DNA of 64,000 nucleotides from a virus (taxonomy: Duplodnaviria; Heunggongvirae; Uroviricota; Caudoviricetes), in IMG/VR virus record IMGVR_UViG_3300009008_000002; one strand, 5' to 3'. Numbering within the stretch: the stretch's first letter is position 1; every line of letters starts with the position of its first letter. A program made the position numbers and the translations under genes. Under the pieces are notes generated by a model that did no database searches, was not told the DNA's origin, and saw only the letters and a program-made list of their open reading frames with translations. Shown here piece by piece: positions 29,400 through 37,796 of this stretch.

Positions 29400-29924
29400 T
29401 TATCCATGACATTCGGGAAATAAATTTCCCCACTCTTGGTCAAGTGCCTCTTGTTCTTTCCTCTGCTCTTGGAATTCTGTCGTTATCTTCTCTACGTCTG
29501 TAGTGATAAACGGCCAACCATCTTGTCTCGCCCAAGACAAGTCAACGTCACCGTAGGCTTTTTCCTTGCCTACTTCATTCTCGAATTCCTGTAGCCGTTC
29601 GGTGCGTTCAGCATCAAAAGCAGCAGCACACACACGGCAAGGAAACTCCCAGTAGCCCGCAAAGTCCAGCCCACCATGACCGAAAGTTAAACCACCGTGG
29701 ATTCCTGTAGAACAAGAGCATTGAGGGTTGCCACACAACCGCGCATTCTCCATGTCATTCGCGGAATACTTATTAAATAAGTGGGTGCGTCCCGCCTCAT
29801 TATCCTCGACCTGTTCAATGAGTCCATGCGTATTTAATACTGAAGGTTTCTTATCCTCCACTACGCAAAGGGTAGAATGCGCAACACCATCGGCATCATA
29901 CTCAATATGGTGGACGACTCTCAT
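29400..29924 (-). CDS. Hypothetical protein
   Basis: 174-aa ORF. Confidence 0.7.
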   Translation of the reverse strand: MRVVHHIEYDADGVAHSTLCVVEDKKPSVLNTHGLIEQVEDNEAGRTHLFNKYSANDMENARLCGNPQCSCSTGIHGGLTFGHGGLDFAGYWEFPCRVCAAAFDAERTERLQEFENEVGKEKAYGDVDLSWARQDGWPFITTDVEKITTEFQEQRKEQEALDQEWGNLFPECHG

Positions 29925-30109
29925 CGCTTACCTCTACAGTGTGACGTGGAATTTCAGCTTCCCCGCAGGGGAACGAGGCGGCTACATGCCAGGGTTTACA
30001 ATCACACTGGCTACACCGAAAATCTAAACCCTCAACATCTTCGGGGACAAAGCAATGCGTATTAAAATTCGCTTTACGCTCTTCTTCTGTCCCGTCAAAC
30101 GGGATTGGC

Positions 30110-30535
30110 TTATTCACCAACACTGGGATTCTCCGGTCGGTATTCACGGTAGGAAATTAAAAGTCGCCAGACTTCGTGCGGGATTCGCTCTCGGCAACCC
30201 GTTTCCATTGCGTTAGCATAGTCGTGGGCTTGCCTGAGACAACCATCTTCCAACAGATTGGCCAGGAACTTCAATCGTTCAACGTCGGCGTCGTAATCCG
30301 TGATTTTATCGGCAACACCAACCACCAAAACCGCAGCTTCGGTGTGATTTAATTCTCGACCACCCTGCAAGACAATGCGCAGACTATCGCAATCGACGTG
30401 GAAGTGTAGACCGTGTTTCTCCAAGAGATCGCCCAGAGCGTTTCCAAGGTCTAGTGTTTCCTGATTGATTTCACCATCGCCACCACGAATCACAGACAGG
30501 TCTTCAAGAAACCTCTTCGTCGCTGACATTTTCAT
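30110..30535 (-). CDS. Hypothetical protein
   Basis: ORF in the gene chain. Confidence 0.7.
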   Translation of the reverse strand: MKMSATKRFLEDLSVIRGGDGEINQETLDLGNALGDLLEKHGLHFHVDCDSLRIVLQGGRELNHTEAAVLVVGVADKITDYDADVERLKFLANLLEDGCLRQAHDYANAMETGCRERIPHEVWRLLISYREYRPENPSVGE

Positions 30536-31250
30536 CTTCCTTATCAGGCGGGGCAGCTTGCCCAGAATTAAGTGCGGTTACGGCAGCAGCAAGGTCTTGC
30601 TTTTTATCTGCCATTGAAACATCGGTTTCAACTGGTCGGGAACGACTCCAACCATGACTTTCCTCATGGCCGGGTTCATACGGAGCATTAGGGTCGGCAG
30701 GGTCAAATAAAAGTCCCATGCCAGCCGCCATGCTCACTTGTTCCGGTGATACGCCTTCACCCCCAATTTTATCAAGCGTCGGTTTTACATTTCGTTCAAA
30801 CCGCTCTTGGAATCGGTCGCCAAATCCCGCTACCTCTTTTAGCACCGCTTTCATGCCCCCCTCTTCAAAGTGTTTGTCTAGTTCTAGCTCGACAAACATG
30901 CAAAAAGGATATGCCATAAGGGGGCTTAACTTGCTTGCTACCACAGTTGTTAAATGTTTTTTGTAGCGTTCGTAATACTTGCGCTGATATTTAATTGGCA
31001 AGTGAACGATGATTGCTCCCTTGCACCACGTAAAGACTCCCCAACATACCAAAAATGGCAGCGCAATCAGAAACAGAACCAACCACAAGACAAAAATGCC
31101 AATGGCAAGCGGCACACGAATGGGCATGGGAAATCGCTGTAGAAATACACCCACCTTTTGCTGAATCTTGATATTGAGAGGAATTTCCTGATCAGGAATT
31201 TCCGGTTCAGCACCAGTTTCGTGTCGATTGACGGCAATTTTATCTGTCAT
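30504..31250 (-). CDS. Membrane protein
   Basis: Long hydrophobic segment around aa 45-80. Confidence 0.75.
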   Translation of the reverse strand: MTDKIAVNRHETGAEPEIPDQEIPLNIKIQQKVGVFLQRFPMPIRVPLAIGIFVLWLVLFLIALPFLVCWGVFTWCKGAIIVHLPIKYQRKYYERYKKHLTTVVASKLSPLMAYPFCMFVELELDKHFEEGGMKAVLKEVAGFGDRFQERFERNVKPTLDKIGGEGVSPEQVSMAAGMGLLFDPADPNAPYEPGHEESHGWSRSRPVETDVSMADKKQDLAAAVTALNSGQAAPPDKEDENVSDEEVS

Positions 31251-31270
31251 TCCCTCGATACTCCAATTTC

Positions 31271-31309
31271 AAAAAAAAAGCCCCCGCCGCTTGTGGCGGT
31301 CGGGGGCTT
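31271..31309 (-). terminator. Rho-independent terminator
   Basis: AAGCCCCCG-ACCGCC..GGCGG-GGGCTT stem plus U9 after gene 31329. Confidence 0.85.
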
Positions 31310-31328
31310 GGCTTGGAACGGATGGGAT

Positions 31329-32216
31329 TTACGCCGCTTCCTCACCCATGAGGATTTCGGTGAAAGCGGCCAAAACCTGTTTGTTTCGCTCGTTCTCGGA
31401 CTGAGCCGCAGCGAACTTGACGTGGGACAACGCGCGTTGTGGCTTAACCACCGTGAGCAACGCCCGCAACTGGTCGGCGTCTTCGCAGTAGTTTGCAGCA
31501 CGTTCCATGAAACCAGCCTTGACCTGATAGACGAGTTTCTTCGTAATGCAAGCCGCTCGTTCATCGGCGGTCAGAGGTTCCGGTTGACTGGCACCCGTGG
31601 CAACAGCCAAGAGTTTCTGTGCAGCCGATTTCTCTTCATCGCTTGCCGGGACAAATTCACGGCCACCTTTGCCGCTAATCCACTTGCCCTGGATAAGCTC
31701 ATTGAACGGTTTCAGTTCCGTAACCATTTCCGCTTCGACGTTTTCATCCATGAGTTGTTCGGCGGTTTCCTGATCGAAACCAACCGCCATGAATGCGCCG
31801 GTGACAGCACCACGGGCAGAGTTGTTTGCTTCATCCAACGGCAGACTTTGAACCTTGAAGGTAGCCTTCAACTGGAAGATGGCGCTGGTATCGACCTTGC
31901 CACCCTTCTTAATCTGCATCTTGGGATTGGATGGCTTCGTGCGGTTCGCAAACCACTGGTCGGTCAAATGCTGCCAGACCTGTTCCTTGAGTTGAGCGCC
32001 CACAAGGTCTTTGCGCTCGGTCGTAATCTTGGAGCAAATGTGCGCCCCGGCAAATTCCACCATCAATTCGGTGTCGGCCTCGATGGTCGGTCGGTCGTCG
32101 TGAGCATCTTTCGCCGGTTTCTTCTCCGGTACAGCATCACCTAGCATACCAAGCATGTCCATGCCGGATGGTGCGGGAGCCTCTTCGACCTTTTTCTTCG
32201 CTCTGCGTTTTGCCAT
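31329..32216 (-). CDS. Hypothetical protein, probably highly expressed
   Basis: About 295 aa; GC3-biased codons; AAGGA SD; own terminator. Confidence 0.8.
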   Translation of the reverse strand: MAKRRAKKKVEEAPAPSGMDMLGMLGDAVPEKKPAKDAHDDRPTIEADTELMVEFAGAHICSKITTERKDLVGAQLKEQVWQHLTDQWFANRTKPSNPKMQIKKGGKVDTSAIFQLKATFKVQSLPLDEANNSARGAVTGAFMAVGFDQETAEQLMDENVEAEMVTELKPFNELIQGKWISGKGGREFVPASDEEKSAAQKLLAVATGASQPEPLTADERAACITKKLVYQVKAGFMERAANYCEDADQLRALLTVVKPQRALSHVKFAAAQSENERNKQVLAAFTEILMGEEAA

Positions 32217-32493
32217 TACTTCGTCCTTTCTGAAGGGTTTTTCTGGCATACTCGAAACTGTGAAACCGCTCAAACTACAATTTTATCTCGAATTTAATTC
32301 GCCCCTCTGCTGGCTGAATTGAGGTTGTCATGCCCAATTTTTTCAACCCTCACTAGCGGGGGCCGATCAGAATCGTTTTACTTCATCATCGTCGCTGTTG
32401 CCATCCCATACCCCTTATACCCTGCATGGTTCGTGCGTGCGCGGGCGGGCGCGGTATACAATAATGTTGAATCGGCGGTTTCAATATATTAAG

Positions 32494-32781
32494 TCACGCC
32501 CAACTTGGCATATCGTGTGCCGCCCGCCTATCATAAACGGGTTTGCCTTTTTCGCAATATACCTTCAAACCAGCATGAAACCCTGCCAACCATTGCCTTG
32601 TGTTCGCAGCACTCTCGGCATCCCCAGCAAAAGACAACCCAAATCGCATTAAACCACGTTCTGATCGGTTGCCTTGCATACCAGCATCATAGCCTTTCCG
32701 GTATGCCCAGTGGCTAGTGTCAGCAGCATCTAGGTAATGCTGGTGTTCTTTATCGGCGGATTGCCATTCGTGTTCAGCCAT
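32494..32781 (-). CDS. Hypothetical protein
   Basis: AYRKGYDAG..WLAGF, weakly RMF-like. Confidence 0.65.
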   Translation of the reverse strand: MAEHEWQSADKEHQHYLDAADTSHWAYRKGYDAGMQGNRSERGLMRFGLSFAGDAESAANTRQWLAGFHAGLKVYCEKGKPVYDRRAAHDMPSWA

Positions 32782-33102
32782 TTATGCTTCGTTCTCTGAG
32801 AGGACGTATTGAACAACAGTGTCATCGTCGGGGTCGTCAATAGAAACCGTGAAGATTAAATCTCTGTTATTGACACCCACCCTAACCTCATCAAGGTTCT
32901 TCAAGGTGATGGTCGCAGTGCTAACATCAGGAATGACCCTGACAATCTCACCATCTGCGATCTCAACAGAGAATTTAATAGAACTGGGGTCGGGAGCTTC
33001 AAACTCAGCATGATCAAGGAAAATACCAAAGGCTTTTTCCAAGAACTGGCATTGCTCAGAATTTTCCACCACGAACGTCACGTTGGCTTCTTCCAGTTTC
33101 AT
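32782..33102 (-). CDS. Hypothetical protein
   Basis: Start MKLEEA after GGGAGAAGGGA. Confidence 0.7.
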   Translation of the reverse strand: MKLEEANVTFVVENSEQCQFLEKAFGIFLDHAEFEAPDPSSIKFSVEIADGEIVRVIPDVSTATITLKNLDEVRVGVNNRDLIFTVSIDDPDDDTVVQYVLSENEA

Positions 33103-33191
33103 TCCCTTCTCCCGTATGCGTATACGTGTGTCTCGCATGTATTATACATGCAGTGCGTATGTAGAAGTTTGTAGACCCAATTTTACCAAAG

Positions 33192-33300
33192 ACCCCGGTA
33201 GGCTGCGGGAAATCGCTCTCTCCAAGCACTCATCGAAAGTTTAACCTTCGATAAATGGCGATTCTCGACCCGTGGGTTTTTACAGCAACCTACCTTGGGT
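33192..33300 (-). ncRNA. Candidate ~110-nt structured RNA
   Basis: Closing helix GGTAGGTTGC/GCAGCCTACC; nested AATCGC/GCGATT and ATCGAAGG/CTTTCGAT. Confidence 0.45.
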
Positions 33301-33310
33301 GTTTTAATAT

Positions 33311-33390
33311 GATTACGGTGTGGGAGTTGAACCCACAATCGGCTTAGTCCATAGGCCACCTACTCTGACAAGAGCATTGTGCCCGCAATC
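33311..33390 (-). ncRNA. Degenerate tRNA-like element
   Basis: 8-bp closing stem GATTGCGG/CCGTAATC; T arm GTGGG-TTCAACT-CCCAC; two internal hairpins; non-canonical D and anticodon arms. Confidence 0.45.
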
Positions 33391-33591
33391 ATTGTGGAAT
33401 CTTACGAGGCGCACGCCTCACTTTTTTTCTTTCTGGTTTATCGCTTTCACAAGACTTGCAATACCTATGATCCCTACCGGCATAGAACTTCGATTGCTTA
33501 AACTTGCCGCAGCCGACGCAATACCACAAGTCTTTTTGTTTGCTCATAGCAGCCCTACTCCAATTTTAGCATATTTCGGGCCATTGTGAAG

Positions 33592-34017
33592 TCAAAGTAC
33601 GGATGCCAATACAGCCCAAATTGCCAAAAGGAAGATGAATCCCACCCCCAGAATGGCAGCAAACTTTCGCAGATCAACTTGACTGCCGTGATTTACGTTG
33701 TCTTCGTAAATATAGAGAATAGGGTCGTCTTTGAAATGTCTGGTCAGTCGTTCCTCTTGACATACTGGATGGGGCCAATTGTGATCAGTCAGTTTATGTG
33801 TCCAAGCATAAACTGGTTTTTCATAGCTAGTTTCCTTTGGGCTGCACCATTTCACTTCACAGGTTCGATCATCCAAATCCAAAGGCTCAACCACATTATC
33901 GCTTCCCAGCCAATCCATGATCAACTTGTGGCGTCCTTTTGCTTTTTCCCCCCTCTGGCCATCATCGTATGAAGGAAGTGCATTTTTGAATTTAACAATG
34001 AGTGTTTTCACGGTCAA
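33592..34017 (-). CDS. Hypothetical protein with C-terminal TM helix
   Basis: ORF track. Confidence 0.7.
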   Translation of the reverse strand: MTVKTLIVKFKNALPSYDDGQRGEKAKGRHKLIMDWLGSDNVVEPLDLDDRTCEVKWCSPKETSYEKPVYAWTHKLTDHNWPHPVCQEERLTRHFKDDPILYIYEDNVNHGSQVDLRKFAAILGVGFIFLLAIWAVLASVL

Positions 34018-34256
34018 CTCTCCGGGTTATAATTAAACTCAAGCGCCTCTTTGTCCCAGCCCAACTCTTTAGCCTTCTCTTCTGTGACTGGCGCACCTTG
34101 TCCAACTACAATTTCATGTCCGCAAGTTGGACACTGGAATTTATCCCCAGACCAGTATGTAGAACTGAAACCAGCAGCCGCCGGATCACGAACGATAAAT
34201 TCGTTCTTGGCACACCGCATTGTGACTCTACATTTGCAGCAAATTGGCACTTTCAT
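34014..34256 (-). CDS. Zinc-ribbon protein
   Basis: CCKC..CPTC. Confidence 0.7.
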   Translation of the reverse strand: MKVPICCKCRVTMRCAKNEFIVRDPAAAGFSSTYWSGDKFQCPTCGHEIVVGQGAPVTEEKAKELGWDKEALEFNYNPES

Positions 34257-34621
34257 TAGATTCTCAATTCGATTCTGATGCCACTACCCGGCAACAATTG
34301 AACGTGTGTGAAAGCATTCCCGTCTTCATCCCACCGAATTTGCAGTCGTTTACCAGTCCAATCAACAGTAGGTGTCAAATTAAATGGGGCGAACAATTCA
34401 AAATCAAGACAACAGTGATACCCCAATTCTATTGCATCCTCTTGGAAGTAAACGCACTCCCCATCCATTGAAACTTGCGCAATGTCTCCCTCAATGATGC
34501 CATCAAGGTATTCGTCTGTTACATCAAATGGATGAATGCGTTCCATGCGACTTCTAGTATGCACGGCCACTTGTTTTCCTTGGTCAAACCATTCCCATAT
34601 TTTCAATTCGGTCCATTTCAT
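34256..34621 (-). CDS. Hypothetical protein
   Basis: ORF in the gene chain. Confidence 0.7.
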   Translation of the reverse strand: MKWTELKIWEWFDQGKQVAVHTRSRMERIHPFDVTDEYLDGIIEGDIAQVSMDGECVYFQEDAIELGYHCCLDFELFAPFNLTPTVDWTGKRLQIRWDEDGNAFTHVQLLPGSGIRIELRI

Positions 34622-34786
34622 CCCGAATTTCGCTCAGTGTAGCGAAGTCTTTAACGTCGATTGGGAACACAGTCCAGTCTTGCCCATTCCAATATAAATC
34701 TCGCTTGAAATTTCTTGTAGCGGGTGCTGTAATTTGAAAAGGGCCTTTTCCAACAAACGTCATGCGATTTGCTACAATTTTAACCA

Positions 34787-35110
34787 TTATGAACCCCTCT
34801 TGGCTCTTTTTCCCCAATTTGAAATACACCTACGGTTAGGACACACCCAACCGGGATCAGGTTCGTAATCCCTCTCGCCACAATTGGGGCACTCATTTGT
34901 CCGATATAAATACCAGTTGGTGCGCCAAGCATGGACTTTATCTTCTGTTGAACCGAACGTGCGGGCAATATCCTCATCAGACTTTCCAGCCTGCAAGTAT
35001 TCCACCAGCTTGTTGAGTAAACCGGATCTCTCCAAGTAGGATTGACCATCAGCCATCGGTTCCCACAACCATTCGGGGAATTCAATTATTGGATTGTTGT
35101 TGTCAGTCAC
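34787..35110 (-). CDS. Hypothetical HTH/zinc-ribbon protein
   Basis: GKSDEDIARTFG; CPNC..CPNRRC. Confidence 0.6.
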   Translation of the reverse strand: MTDNNNPIIEFPEWLWEPMADGQSYLERSGLLNKLVEYLQAGKSDEDIARTFGSTEDKVHAWRTNWYLYRTNECPNCGERDYEPDPGWVCPNRRCISNWGKRAKRGS

Positions 35111-35129
35111 GCCTCATTTTTTTCTCCTA

Positions 35130-35194
35130 GAATATCATCGAGGAATATCATCGAGGAATATCATCGAGGAATATCATCGAGGAATATCATCGAG
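35130..35194. repeat. Perfect 13-bp tandem repeat GAATATCATCGAG x5
   Basis: Five exact contiguous copies, intergenic. Confidence 0.95.
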
Positions 35195-35515
35195 GGGTTT
35201 TAGCATCCATTCAGCAGTATCAGCACTACTCCACCGACTACTGCCAGCCACAGGATTTTTTCTAAATCCTTATCCATTACTGCTCCATTCTTCTCAACGC
35301 CCAAATCACAATCGTTGTGAGCGTGCCAGCAGTCATAGGCGCTTCCAATCCGCCACCTATTAAAACTGCTACCGTTGCGATACTTGCCCACACACCACAC
35401 GTTGAAACCGTGGCGGCAATATCCCCCGATACTTTGGCGTGTCGGCGGAACTGGTAACGCATTTCCTCTCTCTTCACTTCCATGTCGTCCATTGTATTCC
35501 TTCTTGGAATAGGGT

Positions 35516-35764
35516 TCAATCGGGTTCCGGTCCTATGTCCGGTGTAGTTATGCTCAGCACCCCAATTTTTTCTGGCAACATGTCACGCCAACTAAAACAG
35601 CCAGCAGGAATGGGGTTAGCTTGAGTCTGGCGAAAATGAGACGCATCCATTGATTCTAATTCACCAAAATGCCCAACCGTCCCTATCGGCAAGTCATCTG
35701 ACAAATCAGCGAGCAATTCTTTTAATTGCCCAACTGTGAAATAATCAGGCAATTTATCACGCAT
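35516..35764 (-). CDS. Hypothetical protein
   Basis: TVGQLKELL phage-type N-terminus. Confidence 0.65.
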   Translation of the reverse strand: MRDKLPDYFTVGQLKELLADLSDDLPIGTVGHFGELESMDASHFRQTQANPIPAGCFSWRDMLPEKIGVLSITTPDIGPEPD

Positions 35765-36440
35765 GATAAGTCCTATCGAATTTGCGCCTCAAATATCTGA
35801 CACAATGAATACAAACGGGGCGCAAGTTTGTAAGGTCGTGTTCCTGATCGTTGTCAGCTTCAGCGATAAACTGTTCCATGCATTCAGGGCAAAGCCAATC
35901 GTGATCCACTTCTGGATTGTCGCTATCAAGCGATTGCCACGTCCTAGACTGCCCGTACATTAAATGAGTGCAGACAATTGACCAAGGTGCAAAACTGTGA
36001 TCCCCACATTCGATAAGGTTAGGATTGTCTTTGTTCATAGCATCATCAATCCTATGGCTACGCCCCAAATAACAGAGATCAAAGACCACTCGATGGTTCG
36101 CACAAAACGTCGCGCACTCTGTTCGGCATCTTCCTCAATCCTAGCCATGAGTTCATCGACTGTGATTTCGGAATTTAAGAGTGCTTCGGTGAGTTTATTT
36201 ATATTTGTCATACCACTCTGCTTTCACACCTGTCCAATTTTAGCTCTGGTGGCACATACCGATCATCAATACTTTCGATATTGACCATCAATCCACAAGC
36301 ATCGCAAACAAGGTAGTGTTCCCACGGACAACCACCAGACAGAACTTCATCCCACAAGTGCATTTCCCGTTTGCACATGAGTCTGCGCCACAATTTTAAG
36401 CCCCACTCCCAAGGCAACCAGCAAATGATCTTGGGGTAGG

Positions 36441-36890
36441 TTATTCCTCTGTATTTTTCGTGCAAGGTTCGTCTCCCCAAAAATGGTTATCAGGCAACCG
36501 CAACTTTCCTTTGAATAAACAAGCCGGTTGAATTTCCGCTTTCCAACCAAATTGCTCAAATAAAATTCGAGCGGTGGGTTTGTCTATTGACTCTATGAAC
36601 GTGGCATTCCAGGGATTGTGTCTATGAGCAAACTCACAAAAGCTAATGAACCAATCCCTGCCAAACACTTCCCAGTCATCAGGGTTGAAATACTCTACGC
36701 TACATATATTGAGGCGAGGGCCATCAACCCACTGTTCCTGGTGAGTCTGCCCCAATTCTTTGCACTGTGAGGCTTCCATGCGAACATAAATTCGCATTTT
36801 AATTCCGTCCAACCAAAGGCGGTCGAACATTTTAGCTACTTCAAAAAATGCAAGTAGCTCATTCCCCATCTTCTGTTGCGGTGTCGTCAT
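36441..36890 (-). CDS. Hypothetical protein
   Basis: ORF in the gene chain. Confidence 0.65.
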   Translation of the reverse strand: MTTPQQKMGNELLAFFEVAKMFDRLWLDGIKMRIYVRMEASQCKELGQTHQEQWVDGPRLNICSVEYFNPDDWEVFGRDWFISFCEFAHRHNPWNATFIESIDKPTARILFEQFGWKAEIQPACLFKGKLRLPDNHFWGDEPCTKNTEE

Positions 36891-37146
36891 CCCGATACCT
36901 GATTTTCAATAGTTCAAGGATTGCAGCCCGATACTCTGGTGAAATCTGAGGCTGAGTAATTAAAATCGCCTCCAAGTGATCGGTGTCACAATCGGCTAGA
37001 GTTTTGACTTCCTTATCACAATCACCATCAGGGCCATAATTGCCCCAACGCAATGTTTCCCACACCTTCTCCGCAGCCACACGGTTCTTTAACTGCTTCA
37101 CTTCTATGGCAGTCATAGGCTGGAAACTGACTTCTATGATTCGCAT
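36859..37146 (-). CDS. Conserved phage protein
   Basis: WGNYGPDG...LADCDTDHLEAIL. Confidence 0.7.
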   Translation of the reverse strand: MRIIEVSFQPMTAIEVKQLKNRVAAEKVWETLRWGNYGPDGDCDKEVKTLADCDTDHLEAILITQPQISPEYRAAILELLKIRYRDDDTATEDGE

Positions 37147-37796
37147 TGTTCCCTTTCGTTTTCTTCCAACACCAATTTTAACCTCTCGTCTTCTTCCGCC
37201 CTTTTTCTAAGCTCGTCCAGCCACCATTTTGTCTTAACCTTGGCCATCCACAAACTGTGCTGAGGATGCCCGCCCGGCTTCAAACCCTTGGCAACCACAC
37301 CCTCTTTAACATCAAACTCGCCCTCTCTCACAGCACGCATGAAGTCTCTATTAAAATTGCCTTCATACACCACTTCGGGAATGTGTAGATGCCCAAACTT
37401 CTTTAGGAAAGTGCGGGGCACGACAATCCCCTTCTTATGAGGGTTTACATCCAAGAGAATTAAATCTTTTGGCTCGTCTGGATCGTGGTAGCCTGCGAAA
37501 CTACTTGGACCCTCATATTCACAGAACACCAAACAACTCCGAACGCCTCGATAATCTTTGTCGTCTTTAATTATCTTGGCGATAGCATCGGCGTATTTAT
37601 TTTGGAAGATTTCGATAGCACCACCGAAATCTGGATCAGTGTGATCAAAGAGGCGACGGCGCGTGCCGAAACGAAACCAACCTTGCTTCTTACTCCAATC
37701 AAATCTTAAATTGGAACCATCATGCTTGTAGAAAGCTATGCAAGGTCGGCCAATAGGACAGTCACGGGGACCGGGTATAGATAAATAAGACTTCAA
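37134..37796 (-). CDS. RNA ligase (Rnl2-like nucleotidyltransferase domain)
   Basis: Motif I KHDGSN; FCEY, LLDV, EGVVAK and AKVK match ligase motifs III-V. Confidence 0.7.
   Translation of the reverse strand: MKSYLSIPGPRDCPIGRPCIAFYKHDGSNLRFDWSKKQGWFRFGTRRRLFDHTDPDFGGAIEIFQNKYADAIAKIIKDDKDYRGVRSCLVFCEYEGPSSFAGYHDPDEPKDLILLDVNPHKKGIVVPRTFLKKFGHLHIPEVVYEGNFNRDFMRAVREGEFDVKEGVVAKGLKPGGHPQHSLWMAKVKTKWWLDELRKRAEEDERLKLVLEENEREQCES

Larger units (their letters stand above)
297..33570 (-). repeat. Dispersed oriented motif TAAAATTGG(A/G)G (about 67 exact CCAATTTTA copies in this span, about 7 more further right)
   Basis: Seen directly at about 297, 827, 1039, 1328, 1729, 2060, 2337, 2613, 3055, 3157, 3491, 4120 ... 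28875, 30761, 33175, 33558; manual count. Confidence 0.95.

Noticed and set aside
31158-32144. 328-aa + strand ORF and the other + strand ORFs in the track
   Set aside because: They are antisense shadows of minus-strand genes with no recognisable motifs; many end in PQF*, which is just the reverse reading of the repeat motif
32494-32781. Ribosome modulation factor call
   Set aside because: Only the generic AY..GY.AG and W..GF pattern matches; too weak to name
297-33570. The repeated motif as a CRISPR array or integron attC sites
   Set aside because: The repeat is only about 9-12 bp, the intervals are 30-1000 bp and encode genes, there is no attC-type hairpin or GTTRRRY core, and no cas or integrase gene is in the window
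35130-35194. 13-bp repeat as a mini-CRISPR
   Set aside because: The units are contiguous with no spacers
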